Shown: piece by piece, positions 1 through 8,966 of the stretch
Layout: every line of letters begins with the position of its first letter
How positions within the stretch are numbered: the first letter of the stretch is position 1
DNA from: Promethearchaeum syntrophicum
GTDB lineage: Archaea > Asgardarchaeota > Lokiarchaeia > Sigyniarchaeales > Promethearchaeaceae
NCBI RefSeq assembly: GCF_008000775.2
Contig: NZ_CP042905.2
Span: forward strand, 1,020,001-1,052,000
Length of the DNA: 32,000 bases
Direction of reading: 5' to 3'
The notes under the pieces: model-generated
Database searches by the model: none
Told to the model about the DNA's origin: nothing
Seen by the model: the letters and a program-made list of their open reading frames with translations, nothing else
Made by a program: the position numbers and the translations under genes

Positions 1-467
1 TCTATTAAAGAATTCACAACGTGTTTTGCTTCTTCTATATTTGTAATTTCTATGCAAACTAATTCTCCGTGACTTCCCTTAAGGGCAATAGCTTTTCCAG
101 CGGTGAAAATTCGAGCCCCTATTTCTTTTCCTGAATTAATTTTATCCCGGAGTTCAAAAATTCTTAAATCAGCTTCTCCCAAAGACCGGACTGTTGTAGT
201 TCCGCTTAACAAGGCAGTCATAGCACTCTTTTTCATCGTATCATACATAATTTTTTTGAAAAATCTACGTTTTTGGATAAATTTCACTAATGTTTCATAT
301 TTTGCGATTTTTGGTAATGGATTTCCACTCCCGCTCAAATGGCAGTGATTATTGATTAATCCAGGCAAAATCCATTGATTTTTAAAATCAATTTCAATAG
401 AATTTATCGGGTTTTGGATATCTGTTCCAATTTTTTGAATTTTTTTGTCTGAAACAATCATTTTCAT
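1..467 (-). CDS. Metal-dependent amidohydrolase superfamily protein, N-terminal part (C-terminus lies beyond the window edge)
   Basis: Absent from the ORF track because it runs off the edge. Reverse-strand translation from the ATG (complement of 465-467) reads MKMIVSDKKIQKIGTDIQNPINSIEIDFKNQWILPGLINNHCHLSGSGNPLP...LLSGTTTVRSLGE...GARIFTAGKAIALKGSHGE. PGLINxHxH is the classic amidohydrolase HxH metal-binding motif. The + strand ORF 103-348 is its antisense shadow. Confidence 0.7.
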   Translation of the reverse strand, partial: MKMIVSDKKIQKIGTDIQNPINSIEIDFKNQWILPGLINNHCHLSGSGNPLPKIAKYETLVKFIQKRRFFKKIMYDTMKKSAMTALLSGTTTVRSLGEADLRIFELRDKINSGKEIGARIFTAGKAIALKGSHGELVCIEITNIEEAKHVVNSLI

Positions 468-637
468 ATTCAAAAGTGTTGTTTCTGAAACAGGATCGAT
501 ATAGTTAAAGTTATGAAAGAAACTAATTTTAACGGGTTGGTTTGACACAAATATTCTTTATTTTATAAAACTAAATAATTTTTTAATTCATCTTTTGCTT
601 TCAAATCGTGGTTTCATTATTAATAGGTGAAATTTAG

Positions 638-1972
638 ATGGCAGGTAAATCTTCAATTAGTAAAAGAATTGCTATTTTAGGTCTTTCTAATATATTATGG
701 GGTCTCATCCCTTGGCCTGCTTCAAATTTATTTAAGGATTACTCGTCTTTGCTTATTATTTTTACAAGATTCATGTTTATGAGTTTTTTTCTTCTCCTAA
801 TTGTAGGTATATTACTAATAATTGATCGAATAAAAGTGAAAGATAAAAATAAGAGTATAAATCTGAGAAAACTCATCCAATACTTAAAATCAAGAAATTA
901 CGAGTTTTTTAAATTTCCACAATGGGCTTATTTATTAATAGTTGGTATTTTTGGTTTAAATTCAATGACTATTCTATTTTTCCTGGCATTAAAAACAATA
1001 GGGGTTATTACCACTTCTATTGGTGTTCTTACATCTTTAGTGATTGTTACTGCCATTAATTGGGGTCGTGGAAAGGAAGAAATGACAAAATTCAAAGTGC
1101 TCTACCTAACCACTCTTATTGGGGCTACTTTCATTCTTGGTTATATAAGTCAAGTATATTCCATAAGTGAATCTTCTGTATCCTTTGGATCCATCGTTTT
1201 AGTACTAATTTATGGAATTGCTCTTTCCTTTTTTGTTATTACTGGTTCAACTGATAAAATGAGTTTAAATGAATTCAAAATAGTCAAAGAAAACCCACGA
1301 TATCAACTTATAAGGACATTTTTTAAATTGGGTATGTTAGGTTTCTTTTCTGCATTAGTATATATTCCATCTCTTTTTCTTATGAGTAAATTTCATTTCA
1401 ATGAACAGATTGATTCTGAGATTACCCTTTTCTTTACTCATTTAAGCGATTGGTGGAAAATAGCTTTAAATTTTGATGGTATTATATTGATTATTGTTTG
1501 CACACTTATTCCATACGTGATCTACTATATAATGGCTGCTAATTGGCCAAAACACACTTCTTTTAATTTATGGGTAGGAGTAATGCAACTTATTGAACCT
1601 TTAATTAACATAATTATTGGAATTACTCTTCTAAATGAAGTATTCCCACTTTCTTGGTTACTAATAATTATATTTCTTTTTGGAATTGCAATTTTCACCC
1701 GTTATTTAAGTGAAACTGAAACCCAGATATTTGCAATATTTTTACTTAAAATTAAACCTCAATTCCAGCTAGCGGCAATGCAAAAAGCTTTTACTATTAA
1801 ACCTGTGAAAGAAGTATCTCACATGATTGGAGATTATGATATTTTTTTGGATACCCAGCTACATTCTTCCCAAGCATTGAATAAGTTCATTCAGCAAGAT
1901 ATTTTAACACTCCCCGGGTTAATTCGGTATGATTTTTTAATTATTACAAATAATATTCTTGAAAAAGATTAA
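638..1972 (+). CDS. EamA/DMT-type multi-pass transporter fused to a C-terminal Lrp/AsnC-type RAM (small-molecule binding) domain
   Basis: The first ~355 aa consist of about 10 hydrophobic helices in two halves, typical of DMT/EamA. The last ~82 aa (nt 1724-1969) read QIFAIFLLKIKPQ...VKEVSHMIGDYDIFLDTQLHSSQALNKFIQQDILTLPGLIRYDFLII. This matches the AsnC_trans_reg pattern (V..v....G.yD......l..f....l..lpG....) and the two downstream RAM proteins. Confidence 0.6.
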   Translation: MAGKSSISKRIAILGLSNILWGLIPWPASNLFKDYSSLLIIFTRFMFMSFFLLLIVGILLIIDRIKVKDKNKSINLRKLIQYLKSRNYEFFKFPQWAYLLIVGIFGLNSMTILFFLALKTIGVITTSIGVLTSLVIVTAINWGRGKEEMTKFKVLYLTTLIGATFILGYISQVYSISESSVSFGSIVLVLIYGIALSFFVITGSTDKMSLNEFKIVKENPRYQLIRTFFKLGMLGFFSALVYIPSLFLMSKFHFNEQIDSEITLFFTHLSDWWKIALNFDGIILIIVCTLIPYVIYYIMAANWPKHTSFNLWVGVMQLIEPLINIIIGITLLNEVFPLSWLLIIIFLFGIAIFTRYLSETETQIFAIFLLKIKPQFQLAAMQKAFTIKPVKEVSHMIGDYDIFLDTQLHSSQALNKFIQQDILTLPGLIRYDFLIITNNILEKD

Positions 1973-2005
1973 AGAAAATTAGAAAAAAAATTGGCGAACA
2001 CGAAA

Positions 2006-2254
2006 ATGACAGTAAAAATTGCAAGTTTTATTAAAACTGAATTTGGAAAATCAGAGTTTTTTGGAGAAGAGCTCCAAAAAATTCCAGATATAACAAAAAT
2101 TCTTTCGATATCGGGAGAATATGAATTTCTAATTGAAATTAGAGTAGAAAAATCTGAGGAGTTAATAGATATCATTGAATATATTGAAAAAATTCCCGGT
2201 ATTAAGGAAGTTCATTCCCATTACGTTTTATCAGAATGGGAAAAGAAATTTTAA
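2006..2254 (+). CDS. Stand-alone RAM-domain protein (Lrp/AsnC ligand-binding domain only, no HTH)
   Basis: MTVKIASFIKTEFGKSEFFGEELQKIPDITKILSISGEYEFLIEIRVEKSEELIDIIEYIEKIPGIKEVHSHYVL follows the beta-alpha-beta-beta-alpha-beta RAM pattern, including the G-E/D-Y-D/E core. The track start is TTG 1991; ATG 2006 is more plausible. Confidence 0.7.
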   Translation: MTVKIASFIKTEFGKSEFFGEELQKIPDITKILSISGEYEFLIEIRVEKSEELIDIIEYIEKIPGIKEVHSHYVLSEWEKKF

Positions 2255-2280
2255 TAGGATTTTAAGAGTTGTTAATTACA

Positions 2281-2526
2281 ATGGTTCAAATAATGTCTTT
2301 TATGAAGGTAGAATTAGGAAAAGCTTTACAAGTTGTTGAAGAATTGAAAAAAATTCCACAAGTTAAAGAAATGTCATATATAACTGGTGAATATGATTTA
2401 GCTATGCGAATTCAAGGAGAATCAAGTGAAGAGCTTCATCAGCTATTTATTAAACAAATTGATAAAATTGAAGCAGTTCTTGAGATAAATAGCCATTTAT
2501 TAGTAAAACACTGGACATCTAAATAA
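2281..2526 (+). CDS. Stand-alone RAM-domain protein (second paralog)
   Basis: MVQIMSFMKVELGKALQVVEELKKIPQVKEMSYITGEYDLAMRIQGESSEELHQLFIKQIDKIEAVLEINSHLLV has the same pattern as the upstream gene (ITGEYDL core). The track start is TTG 2269; ATG 2281 is more plausible. Confidence 0.7.
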   Translation: MVQIMSFMKVELGKALQVVEELKKIPQVKEMSYITGEYDLAMRIQGESSEELHQLFIKQIDKIEAVLEINSHLLVKHWTSK

Positions 2527-2788
2527 TTGTATATTTACTTTGTTTATCAATTACTTTAATTCTATAAAGAAATTAAGCTAAAGTCTCTGCGAAATGGAAA
2601 TTTTTTTTTTTCATAAACTGCCACCATGAAATTTTTATTATGGTATTTTTTTTACAAAGCTTTATATTAAAGAAAAATAAAATACCACATCACTAGTGTC
2701 TTTAATAAAAAAATCAATTTTTATTGATGCAATAGTATAAAAAAAAAGTGATTTTAGGATCATTTCTTATAGGTTTACAGTGAAAATT

Positions 2789-4453
2789 ATGAAGAAAAAA
2801 GCGATACCCATTATATTTGTTGTAATAGGGGGTTTATTTGCTGTTTCGTTTACAACAACAGCTATTTCTGTTGGAGAAGATAATTCTACATCTCCACAAG
2901 CATTTAGTCTTGCTGCTCAAACCACAGATATTCTAACCGGATCGGTAGCCCGACGCGAAGTTGATTATTTCTTAATTGAAAATGTTGAACCAGGTTTAAT
3001 GTCTTTGTCAGTAACATGGGGAAACAGCTATGATATTGATTGCTATATATGTACTACTGCATCATATTATGACTATCTAGCGAGGGGATATACGACTAAT
3101 AATCCCGAAACGTGTTCTTATACAATTACAACCCCCGGATCATATTACATTGCAATTCACATGTATAGTTTTTGGGCTTCAAGTACTGCTTATACTGCGA
3201 CTGTTACATATTATACTGGCAGTGTTCCAGAAGAAGATACGACACCTCCAACTGTCTCTATAACAAATCCTACAAGTGGGGAAACAGTTCAGAATTCTAT
3301 TAGTATTTCAGCTTCCGCTTCTGATACAGAATCGGGTATTGATTATTTAGAATGTGAAATTGCTGGAAATAATTTACCTATTGATTCTTCCAGCCCTTAT
3401 TCTTGGACCTTTGATACAACTACCCTGGCTGATGGTGCTTACACGATTAATGTAAAAGCACATGACGTTGCAGGTAATTTTGCTACAGATTCTGTCACAG
3501 TTAATGTACTTAATACTCAAACTTCAAATGAAATTTTTAGTGGGATACCCGTATCTGGCAATTTAGGTGCACAATATGACACTTTTATGTATTATATTAA
3601 TGTAGGTGATGGCGCGACTTCAATGGAAACAATATTAACTTGCGGATCTGCTGATTTCGATGTATATGGTAGATTAGGTGCAGAACCGACCACATCTACC
3701 TATGATTGGCGTGGATATACTTATGGAGGTGAGGAAGTTACTTTTGCAAATCCGGGAGTAGGAACATGGTATATTATGGTTAGATCATATTCTGGAACCG
3801 GTGATTATCAATTAACAGTGACTATTGAGGAACCTGAACCAAATAACCCTGCAGCTGAAAATATTGCAGTGTTCTTCTGGGCTAGTGATGCTGGAGCTCA
3901 ATGGGTAATTGATGAATATTGGGGAATTCTCCAAGGTGAAGGATATTCAAAAATCTATAATTTCAGAGATACTTCTAACTTTGCCAGTGATTTTGCTTTA
4001 GTGGATACGTATGTCGGACCTGAAGATACCGTTTTCTTCTATCTATTTGGCCATGGAAATAATAACGGAGTAGATTCCTACACTGCTTTTGCCCCTAGTA
4101 GTAGTATAGTTTATTCTAGTGCTTTTCGTAATATGATGGATGGATTGGATACTACAAGGAAAGCGTTTTTAATTGAGTCTTGTCACTCGGGAGGATTTCC
4201 TGAAGATTTTGAAGCTTCTCCTTATCTTGCAATGTCAACCTCAGATCAAGATCATAACTCTTATGCCGTTGGGGCTCTTCCAAATGAAGGAGTTTTCTCC
4301 GATGCATTCTTTGATCATGTAGATGCAGGATATAATGCAGTAGAATCATTTTATTACGCTCGTCAAGTTGTATTTGATGGAGCTGGAGGTGTAGATACCT
4401 ATATGCAATATCCCTTGATTTCCGATTATTCCGATTATATATGGTTTGATTAA
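2789..4453 (+). CDS. Secreted or membrane-anchored multidomain protein: signal anchor, PPC-like domain, Ig-like domain, second PPC-like domain, C-terminal clan CD (legumain/gingipain/caspase-like) cysteine peptidase domain
   Basis: The N-terminus MKKKAIPIIFVVIGGLFAVSFTTTAI is a signal/anchor. Two pre-peptidase-C-terminal-like segments are present (DYFLIENVEPGLMSLSVTWGNSYDIDCYI...GSYYIAIHMYS and MYYINVGDGATSMETILTCGSADFDVYG...GTWYIMVRSYSGTGDYQLTV). An Ig-like segment reads TPPTVSITNPTSGETV...YTINVKAHDVAGNFATDSVTVNV. The C-terminal ~200 aa carry a His-Gly...Cys dyad pattern (FYLFGHGNNNG ... AFLIESCHSGGF). GTG 2780 is an alternative start. Confidence 0.6.
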   Translation: MKKKAIPIIFVVIGGLFAVSFTTTAISVGEDNSTSPQAFSLAAQTTDILTGSVARREVDYFLIENVEPGLMSLSVTWGNSYDIDCYICTTASYYDYLARGYTTNNPETCSYTITTPGSYYIAIHMYSFWASSTAYTATVTYYTGSVPEEDTTPPTVSITNPTSGETVQNSISISASASDTESGIDYLECEIAGNNLPIDSSSPYSWTFDTTTLADGAYTINVKAHDVAGNFATDSVTVNVLNTQTSNEIFSGIPVSGNLGAQYDTFMYYINVGDGATSMETILTCGSADFDVYGRLGAEPTTSTYDWRGYTYGGEEVTFANPGVGTWYIMVRSYSGTGDYQLTVTIEEPEPNNPAAENIAVFFWASDAGAQWVIDEYWGILQGEGYSKIYNFRDTSNFASDFALVDTYVGPEDTVFFYLFGHGNNNGVDSYTAFAPSSSIVYSSAFRNMMDGLDTTRKAFLIESCHSGGFPEDFEASPYLAMSTSDQDHNSYAVGALPNEGVFSDAFFDHVDAGYNAVESFYYARQVVFDGAGGVDTYMQYPLISDYSDYIWFD

Positions 4454-4478
4454 GCTGGTTTAATTAGAAATTTCGAAA

Positions 4479-4489
4479 TTTTTTTTTTT
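4479..4489 (+). terminator. Oligo-T tract (T11) downstream of the peptidase gene, possible archaeal terminator
   Basis: A run of 11 T lies 26 nt after the stop at 4453. Archaeal termination commonly uses oligo-T signals. T-runs are abundant in this AT-rich DNA, so specificity is low. Confidence 0.3.
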
Positions 4490-4877
4490 CTCCAAAAATG
4501 TGTGAACATTTATAGAATAATCAAAGAAAAATAAAATATGGAGAAGAAAATTGAGTCGGTTGAAAAAAAGGAATTTTTTTAAAACTTTTTACGAAGCAAG
4601 CAAAAGTTAGTTTAGGAACTATATTTGAAAAATTCAGCAAGAAGAATTCATCAAAGGGAATAGTATTAAATGTGAATTCTGTGATAAAGTGATACCTTCT
4701 AACTAATTCCTTTTTTTTCTACTTTTCTTAGTTTTTGCTTTAAGTCTCTTTAGGTTTTCCCAATACAGTATTATAGGCAGATATACATTAAATGATTATT
4801 TTTGAACCAATTATTATTTCGGATAAATCAAGAAATTTCGGAATAAGTATAAATATTCGGATTTCCTTAGTTTCACT

Positions 4878-5138
4878 ATGCTTAACATGGATGAAGCAAT
4901 TGTTGGTAAGAAGGGAGAAATTATTCCAAAAAAAAAAATTCGAAATATTGTGGGAATTTCTCCTGGTGATCGGGTGTTAGTGTGCGCGAGTTCTAATCAA
5001 CTTATCATTAAAAAAATACTTTCTATAGATGAAATTTTTGAACTACCAATTATATCAGCAGGAACACCTTCAGAAATAGAATCTGAATTGGAAGAAGAAG
5101 GAAACATTCAAAAAGAGAGATCAACAAATGACCAATAG
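4878..5138 (+). CDS. vapB: AbrB/SpoVT-fold antitoxin (VapB-like)
   Basis: IVGKKGEIIPKKKIRNIVGISPGDRVLVCASSNQLIIKK has the swapped-hairpin AbrB/MazE-type pattern. The gene overlaps the downstream PIN gene by 11 nt. Confidence 0.6.
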   Translation: MLNMDEAIVGKKGEIIPKKKIRNIVGISPGDRVLVCASSNQLIIKKILSIDEIFELPIISAGTPSEIESELEEEGNIQKERSTNDQ

Positions 5139-5610
5139 TTTACTTCTTGATACTACATATGTACTACCGTTATTTGGAATTGAAATAAATATGGATAATT
5201 CCTTCAGAGAAGAGATTAAGCAGTTATGGAAAATTGGTGTTAAAAATTATAAAATCTATCTATCTTCGGCCTCTATTATTGAATCTGTTTATAAATTAAA
5301 TCGTGAATATCGAAATTCAAAGAATCCTGAAATTTTGGATCGATATCATACAGTTCTTCCAACAATTATTAGATCAAAAATTGTAAAAATTATTGATCCG
5401 TTTTTAAATCCAGTTATTGCAGAATCTAGTATGAAAATTCGGAATTATGGACATAAAGATTTAATGGATTGCTGGATTGCAGCTAGTGCAATTAGCATAA
5501 ATGCATTACTCCTTACTGAAGATAAGGAATTGAAGAACTTATTAAGAAAATTTTCGGAATTTAAATTCAAAAAAATATTAGATTGGAAAATGCTTCGTCG
5601 AGAATTTTAG
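5128..5610 (+). CDS. vapC: PIN-domain ribonuclease toxin (VapC-like)
   Basis: An N-terminal acidic motif (LLLDTTYVLP) and a C-terminal DCWIAASAISINALLLTEDKEL (D..iaA.A......llT.D) are present. The gene is paired with, and overlaps, the AbrB-like gene. Confidence 0.75.
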   Translation: MTNSLLLDTTYVLPLFGIEINMDNSFREEIKQLWKIGVKNYKIYLSSASIIESVYKLNREYRNSKNPEILDRYHTVLPTIIRSKIVKIIDPFLNPVIAESSMKIRNYGHKDLMDCWIAASAISINALLLTEDKELKNLLRKFSEFKFKKILDWKMLRREF

Positions 5611-5634
5611 ATTTAAAAAAGAAAATTGAAACGA

Positions 5635-7419
5635 TTATTCCTTCCAATCATCTGTAACCCAAGCGGTTATATCAATTTCTTCAAAGAGTGAATCATTTCC
5701 TTCTAGTAGCCCTAAAAATTCCCACTCCTTCTCATCGATCTCAGGTTTTTCACCCGTTGCATATCGTTCAATCATGTTCTCTAATCGTTTGCAATGAGTG
5801 TAATGGGCATCTAATCGCTGTTCTGCATAATCCCGAGCACTCCATGTGGAAATCAGAAATTGCCAATCACTAGCTTGTAATAACAAATTTTCACGACATA
5901 ATTGCTTTAGCATTCGCTGTAAACCAGGATCTTCTTTTTGATGATATTTCGTCACTAATTCTTCAACAAAATCTTCAACTTCGTAAATTTTCTCCCAAGA
6001 CCATGTATTTTCTTTATTTAGCCAAATATAATGGCTCGATCCTTCACCCCAGCTACCCTCCGTTATGGAAACTTGTTTATCTGGCATGCCATTTTTATCG
6101 AGATAGTCATGACAGTGAGTCATTTCTACTTCAGAGTCTGTAGCGAAAAATCTAATAAGTCGATTTATAAACCAAACACCTTCAAACCACCAGTGTCCAA
6201 ATAATTCTGCATCATATGGGGCTATTAGAAAGCCAGGTTTTCCCGATTTATCCTTATATTCTTTTAACACACCCTTAACCGCTTCTTTAAAATGGCCCGC
6301 ATTTTGATCGAGAAGATCATTGATGTCGGGCATGTAATATTGCATTTTAGCGCCCATATCAGCTTTCGGGGAAGTAATTTTCCAATATCGTAATCCACTT
6401 CCACCACCCATAGAATCCTTATAATGTTTTTTATGAAAATCTAAATAAGCTCCACCAGTTGCAGGATAACCATGTTCTCCGCTCCAAACTAAAAGACCCG
6501 TATTCTCATCACGGGTAAAAATCGAAACTGGGTTTTTGGCATCATGATTGGGTAATAAATATGATTCTAATGGTGATCGGGGGAAATCACTATCGACATG
6601 TTTGTATTCTTTCACCATTTGTTCGTGTAATGATTGAAGTAGTGGAAATCGTGCTGCATATACTCCTTGACTTGTTCCCCCCATTAAAAGGGCTGTATCA
6701 ATGAAGAAATATTTCAAATTATTTTTTGATAAAAATTTTTCAACACCAGGCCTATAATGTGGCTTATCTTCACCAATTGGTTTTTTCCAGTTATATCCGG
6801 GGCGGTAAGCGCATTCAGCAAGCCAAGTTCCATGTGGTGCTTGTTGAAAATGCTTTTTGTAATTGTTCACTGCTGTTTTAAACTGTCCATTGATTGAAGA
6901 TTCCCGAGAGAGAAGAGGGGCATATCCATGAGTAGCGGCACACGTTGTAATATCTAAATATCCGCCTTTAAGCAATTTACGAAATTCTCCCATAATATCT
7001 TGATTAATTTCTTCAAAATATTCAACCGTTCGAGAGTAAAATTCATCCCAGAATTTTGCCATTCTGATGTAATTAGCTCGTTCAGTATCTCCCAAGTCTT
7101 TACGATTTTCAAATTCTTCTAAATCTGATAACGCACCTGCAGCTTTTGCTTTACAATAACCAATAAAACCGGATTTGAATACATCAGCGGCAAGCATTTC
7201 GCAAAGAACAGGTGTGATATCAATTGTAATTTTTGGAGTGAATCCTTCATCAATGAGTTTGTTTAACTCCATAAGTAATGGAATATACGTTTCAGCAGCA
7301 GCTTCATGAACCCAATTTGTACCGTGAGGCCAAACACCATAATTTAACACCCAAGGGAGATGAGCATGGAGAACTAAGCTGAAAGAACCCACGAAATTTT
7401 TATTTTCCATAGTTTTCAT
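5635..7419 (-). CDS. GH57-family 1,4-alpha-glucan branching enzyme
   Basis: The N-terminus FSLVLHAHLPWVLNYGVWPHGTNWVHEAAAETYIPLL matches the GH57 branching-enzyme signature known from Thermococcus and Thermus enzymes. Length is ~590 aa with a helical C-terminal domain. Confidence 0.85.
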   Translation of the reverse strand: MKTMENKNFVGSFSLVLHAHLPWVLNYGVWPHGTNWVHEAAAETYIPLLMELNKLIDEGFTPKITIDITPVLCEMLAADVFKSGFIGYCKAKAAGALSDLEEFENRKDLGDTERANYIRMAKFWDEFYSRTVEYFEEINQDIMGEFRKLLKGGYLDITTCAATHGYAPLLSRESSINGQFKTAVNNYKKHFQQAPHGTWLAECAYRPGYNWKKPIGEDKPHYRPGVEKFLSKNNLKYFFIDTALLMGGTSQGVYAARFPLLQSLHEQMVKEYKHVDSDFPRSPLESYLLPNHDAKNPVSIFTRDENTGLLVWSGEHGYPATGGAYLDFHKKHYKDSMGGGSGLRYWKITSPKADMGAKMQYYMPDINDLLDQNAGHFKEAVKGVLKEYKDKSGKPGFLIAPYDAELFGHWWFEGVWFINRLIRFFATDSEVEMTHCHDYLDKNGMPDKQVSITEGSWGEGSSHYIWLNKENTWSWEKIYEVEDFVEELVTKYHQKEDPGLQRMLKQLCRENLLLQASDWQFLISTWSARDYAEQRLDAHYTHCKRLENMIERYATGEKPEIDEKEWEFLGLLEGNDSLFEEIDITAWVTDDWKE

Positions 7420-7543
7420 ATAAGTTTTGTTCTGTTAAAAATTTTCGAAAGTGGAATCTTATTACCAAAAGCATTTAACCATTGCCTAACCAAATAATAC
7501 ATACAGTTTTCAAGTAAAAAGGTTTAATTAATTTTGGATTAAG

Positions 7544-8965
7544 GTGTTTGATATGGATATAATAACCGATTTATCAACAATCATAAAACGAGGAAGAATC
7601 CAAGGGATTGGAAATAAAGAAATAACTCCCGAAATAGTATCTAAGATCGGGGGATCAGTTGGTTCATTTTTAGGTGCAAAAGGAATTATGGTTGTTGCAA
7701 GAGAATTCAATAATAATAATAGAATGTTAAAGAGAGGATTTATTTCAGGATTAATGAGTACGGGTGTGAATATTCTAAATTTGCATTCTGCTCCTGTGCC
7801 TGTTTTACAATTTTGCATTCGTAGGTTTGGTGCAGAATCGGGGGTTTATTTTGGAAATGGATCTGCATCAGATGGAATTGTTCAAATAAGATTTTTTGAT
7901 TCCAGTGGGATTGAATATGATAAAAGTAATCTAGAGTCTGTAAACGAATATTTTAAGAATAATAAAATAGAAAGAGCAAATCCTTGGAATGTTGGAGCAA
8001 TTTCTGATATCCCCCATACTCAAGATATTTATAAAAAAGCTATCCCCCAATTCATAAATCGAAAATTATTAAATTCAAAGAATTTAGTCGTTGTAGTGGA
8101 TTGCTCCTATGGGCCTTCAAGTATTGTAGTTCCATCCATTCTTACCGAATTAAAAAACGATTGTATCGCTATAAATGCTTACGAAAATGATCAAAAAGCG
8201 AATGAAATGTATCCAAATCTTCGTTCAATAAAGGACGTTGTAAATATTGTGAAAGCTTCTCATGCACATTTGGGCATCGTTCTGGATTCCGACGGTTCAC
8301 GTGCATTATATATAGATGAAACTGGATATATCTTGACTTATGAAGAACTAATGATGTTATTTTTAAAATATGATAAAGAATTATCCACAGCAGCAAATGG
8401 ATCATCAATAATTATTTCCAAATCTTCATCAAAAGTGTTAGAACAATTTGCAATTGATTTAAACGATCTAAAAATCCTAAAATCAAAGAATTTTCCTGGA
8501 GAAATTTCTAGGAGTCTTCGTGAAGAACGCGCAATTTTGGGTGGTTCTGACACCTACAAATTCTATTTTCCAAAGTATGGGCCATTCTCTGATGCTACAT
8601 TCACTACTTTAAAAATATTGGAAATTTTAGCTTCTCAGGATTTGCCTTTATCCGTCTTAATTCGTTCTTTTCCTAGGTCCGTCCATTCATATAAAACAAT
8701 TCCAATATCTAAAGAGAATATACTACATTTCGTCTCAAAATTAAAAGATTATATTGGAAAGAAGGATATTGGATTGGAAAAAAATATTGATTTTCAAGAT
8801 CTTCTTATTGGAATTAAAATAATTGTGAAAGATCTTGGTTGGGTGGTAATTTCACCATCAGTTCACGTGAATAATATAGAACTTACTGCAGAAGGTCTTG
8901 ACCCTCATAAATCTGAAGAATTGATCTCTCTTGCTACAGAGTGTGTTGAAAAATGTCAAAAATAG
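7544..8965 (+). CDS. Alpha-D-phosphohexomutase (PGM/PMM/GlmM) family protein with degenerate catalytic motifs
   Basis: The four-domain layout is recognisable: IQGIGNKEITPEIVSKIGGSVGSFL...VVAREFNNNNRMLKRGFISGLMSTGVNILNL, a metal loop LGIVLDSDGSR, and a C-terminal domain. The phosphoserine loop reads GSASDGI instead of T/SASHNP. The metal loop reads DSDGSR instead of DGDGDR. The C-terminal RxSGTEP loop is not evident. GTG start at 7544; ATG at 7553. Confidence 0.6.
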   Translation: MFDMDIITDLSTIIKRGRIQGIGNKEITPEIVSKIGGSVGSFLGAKGIMVVAREFNNNNRMLKRGFISGLMSTGVNILNLHSAPVPVLQFCIRRFGAESGVYFGNGSASDGIVQIRFFDSSGIEYDKSNLESVNEYFKNNKIERANPWNVGAISDIPHTQDIYKKAIPQFINRKLLNSKNLVVVVDCSYGPSSIVVPSILTELKNDCIAINAYENDQKANEMYPNLRSIKDVVNIVKASHAHLGIVLDSDGSRALYIDETGYILTYEELMMLFLKYDKELSTAANGSSIIISKSSSKVLEQFAIDLNDLKILKSKNFPGEISRSLREERAILGGSDTYKFYFPKYGPFSDATFTTLKILEILASQDLPLSVLIRSFPRSVHSYKTIPISKENILHFVSKLKDYIGKKDIGLEKNIDFQDLLIGIKIIVKDLGWVVISPSVHVNNIELTAEGLDPHKSEELISLATECVEKCQK

Positions 8966-8966
8966 G

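Noticed and set aside
103-348. 81-aa + strand ORF from the track
   Set aside because: It lies antisense within a much better reverse-strand amidohydrolase reading frame (HxH motif, open to the window edge). Its own sequence has no recognisable features.
4454-4877. A 424-bp gene-free spacer examined for tRNA, sRNA, CRISPR or small ORFs
   Set aside because: I found no G+C-rich cloverleaf-like segment, no repeat-spacer periodicity, and only a 14-codon ORF. Nothing is supportable from sequence alone.
4792-4980. 62-aa + strand ORF upstream of and overlapping vapB
   Set aside because: It is in a different frame from the AbrB-like gene that has a clear fold signature. Its hydrophobic, featureless product is likely spurious.
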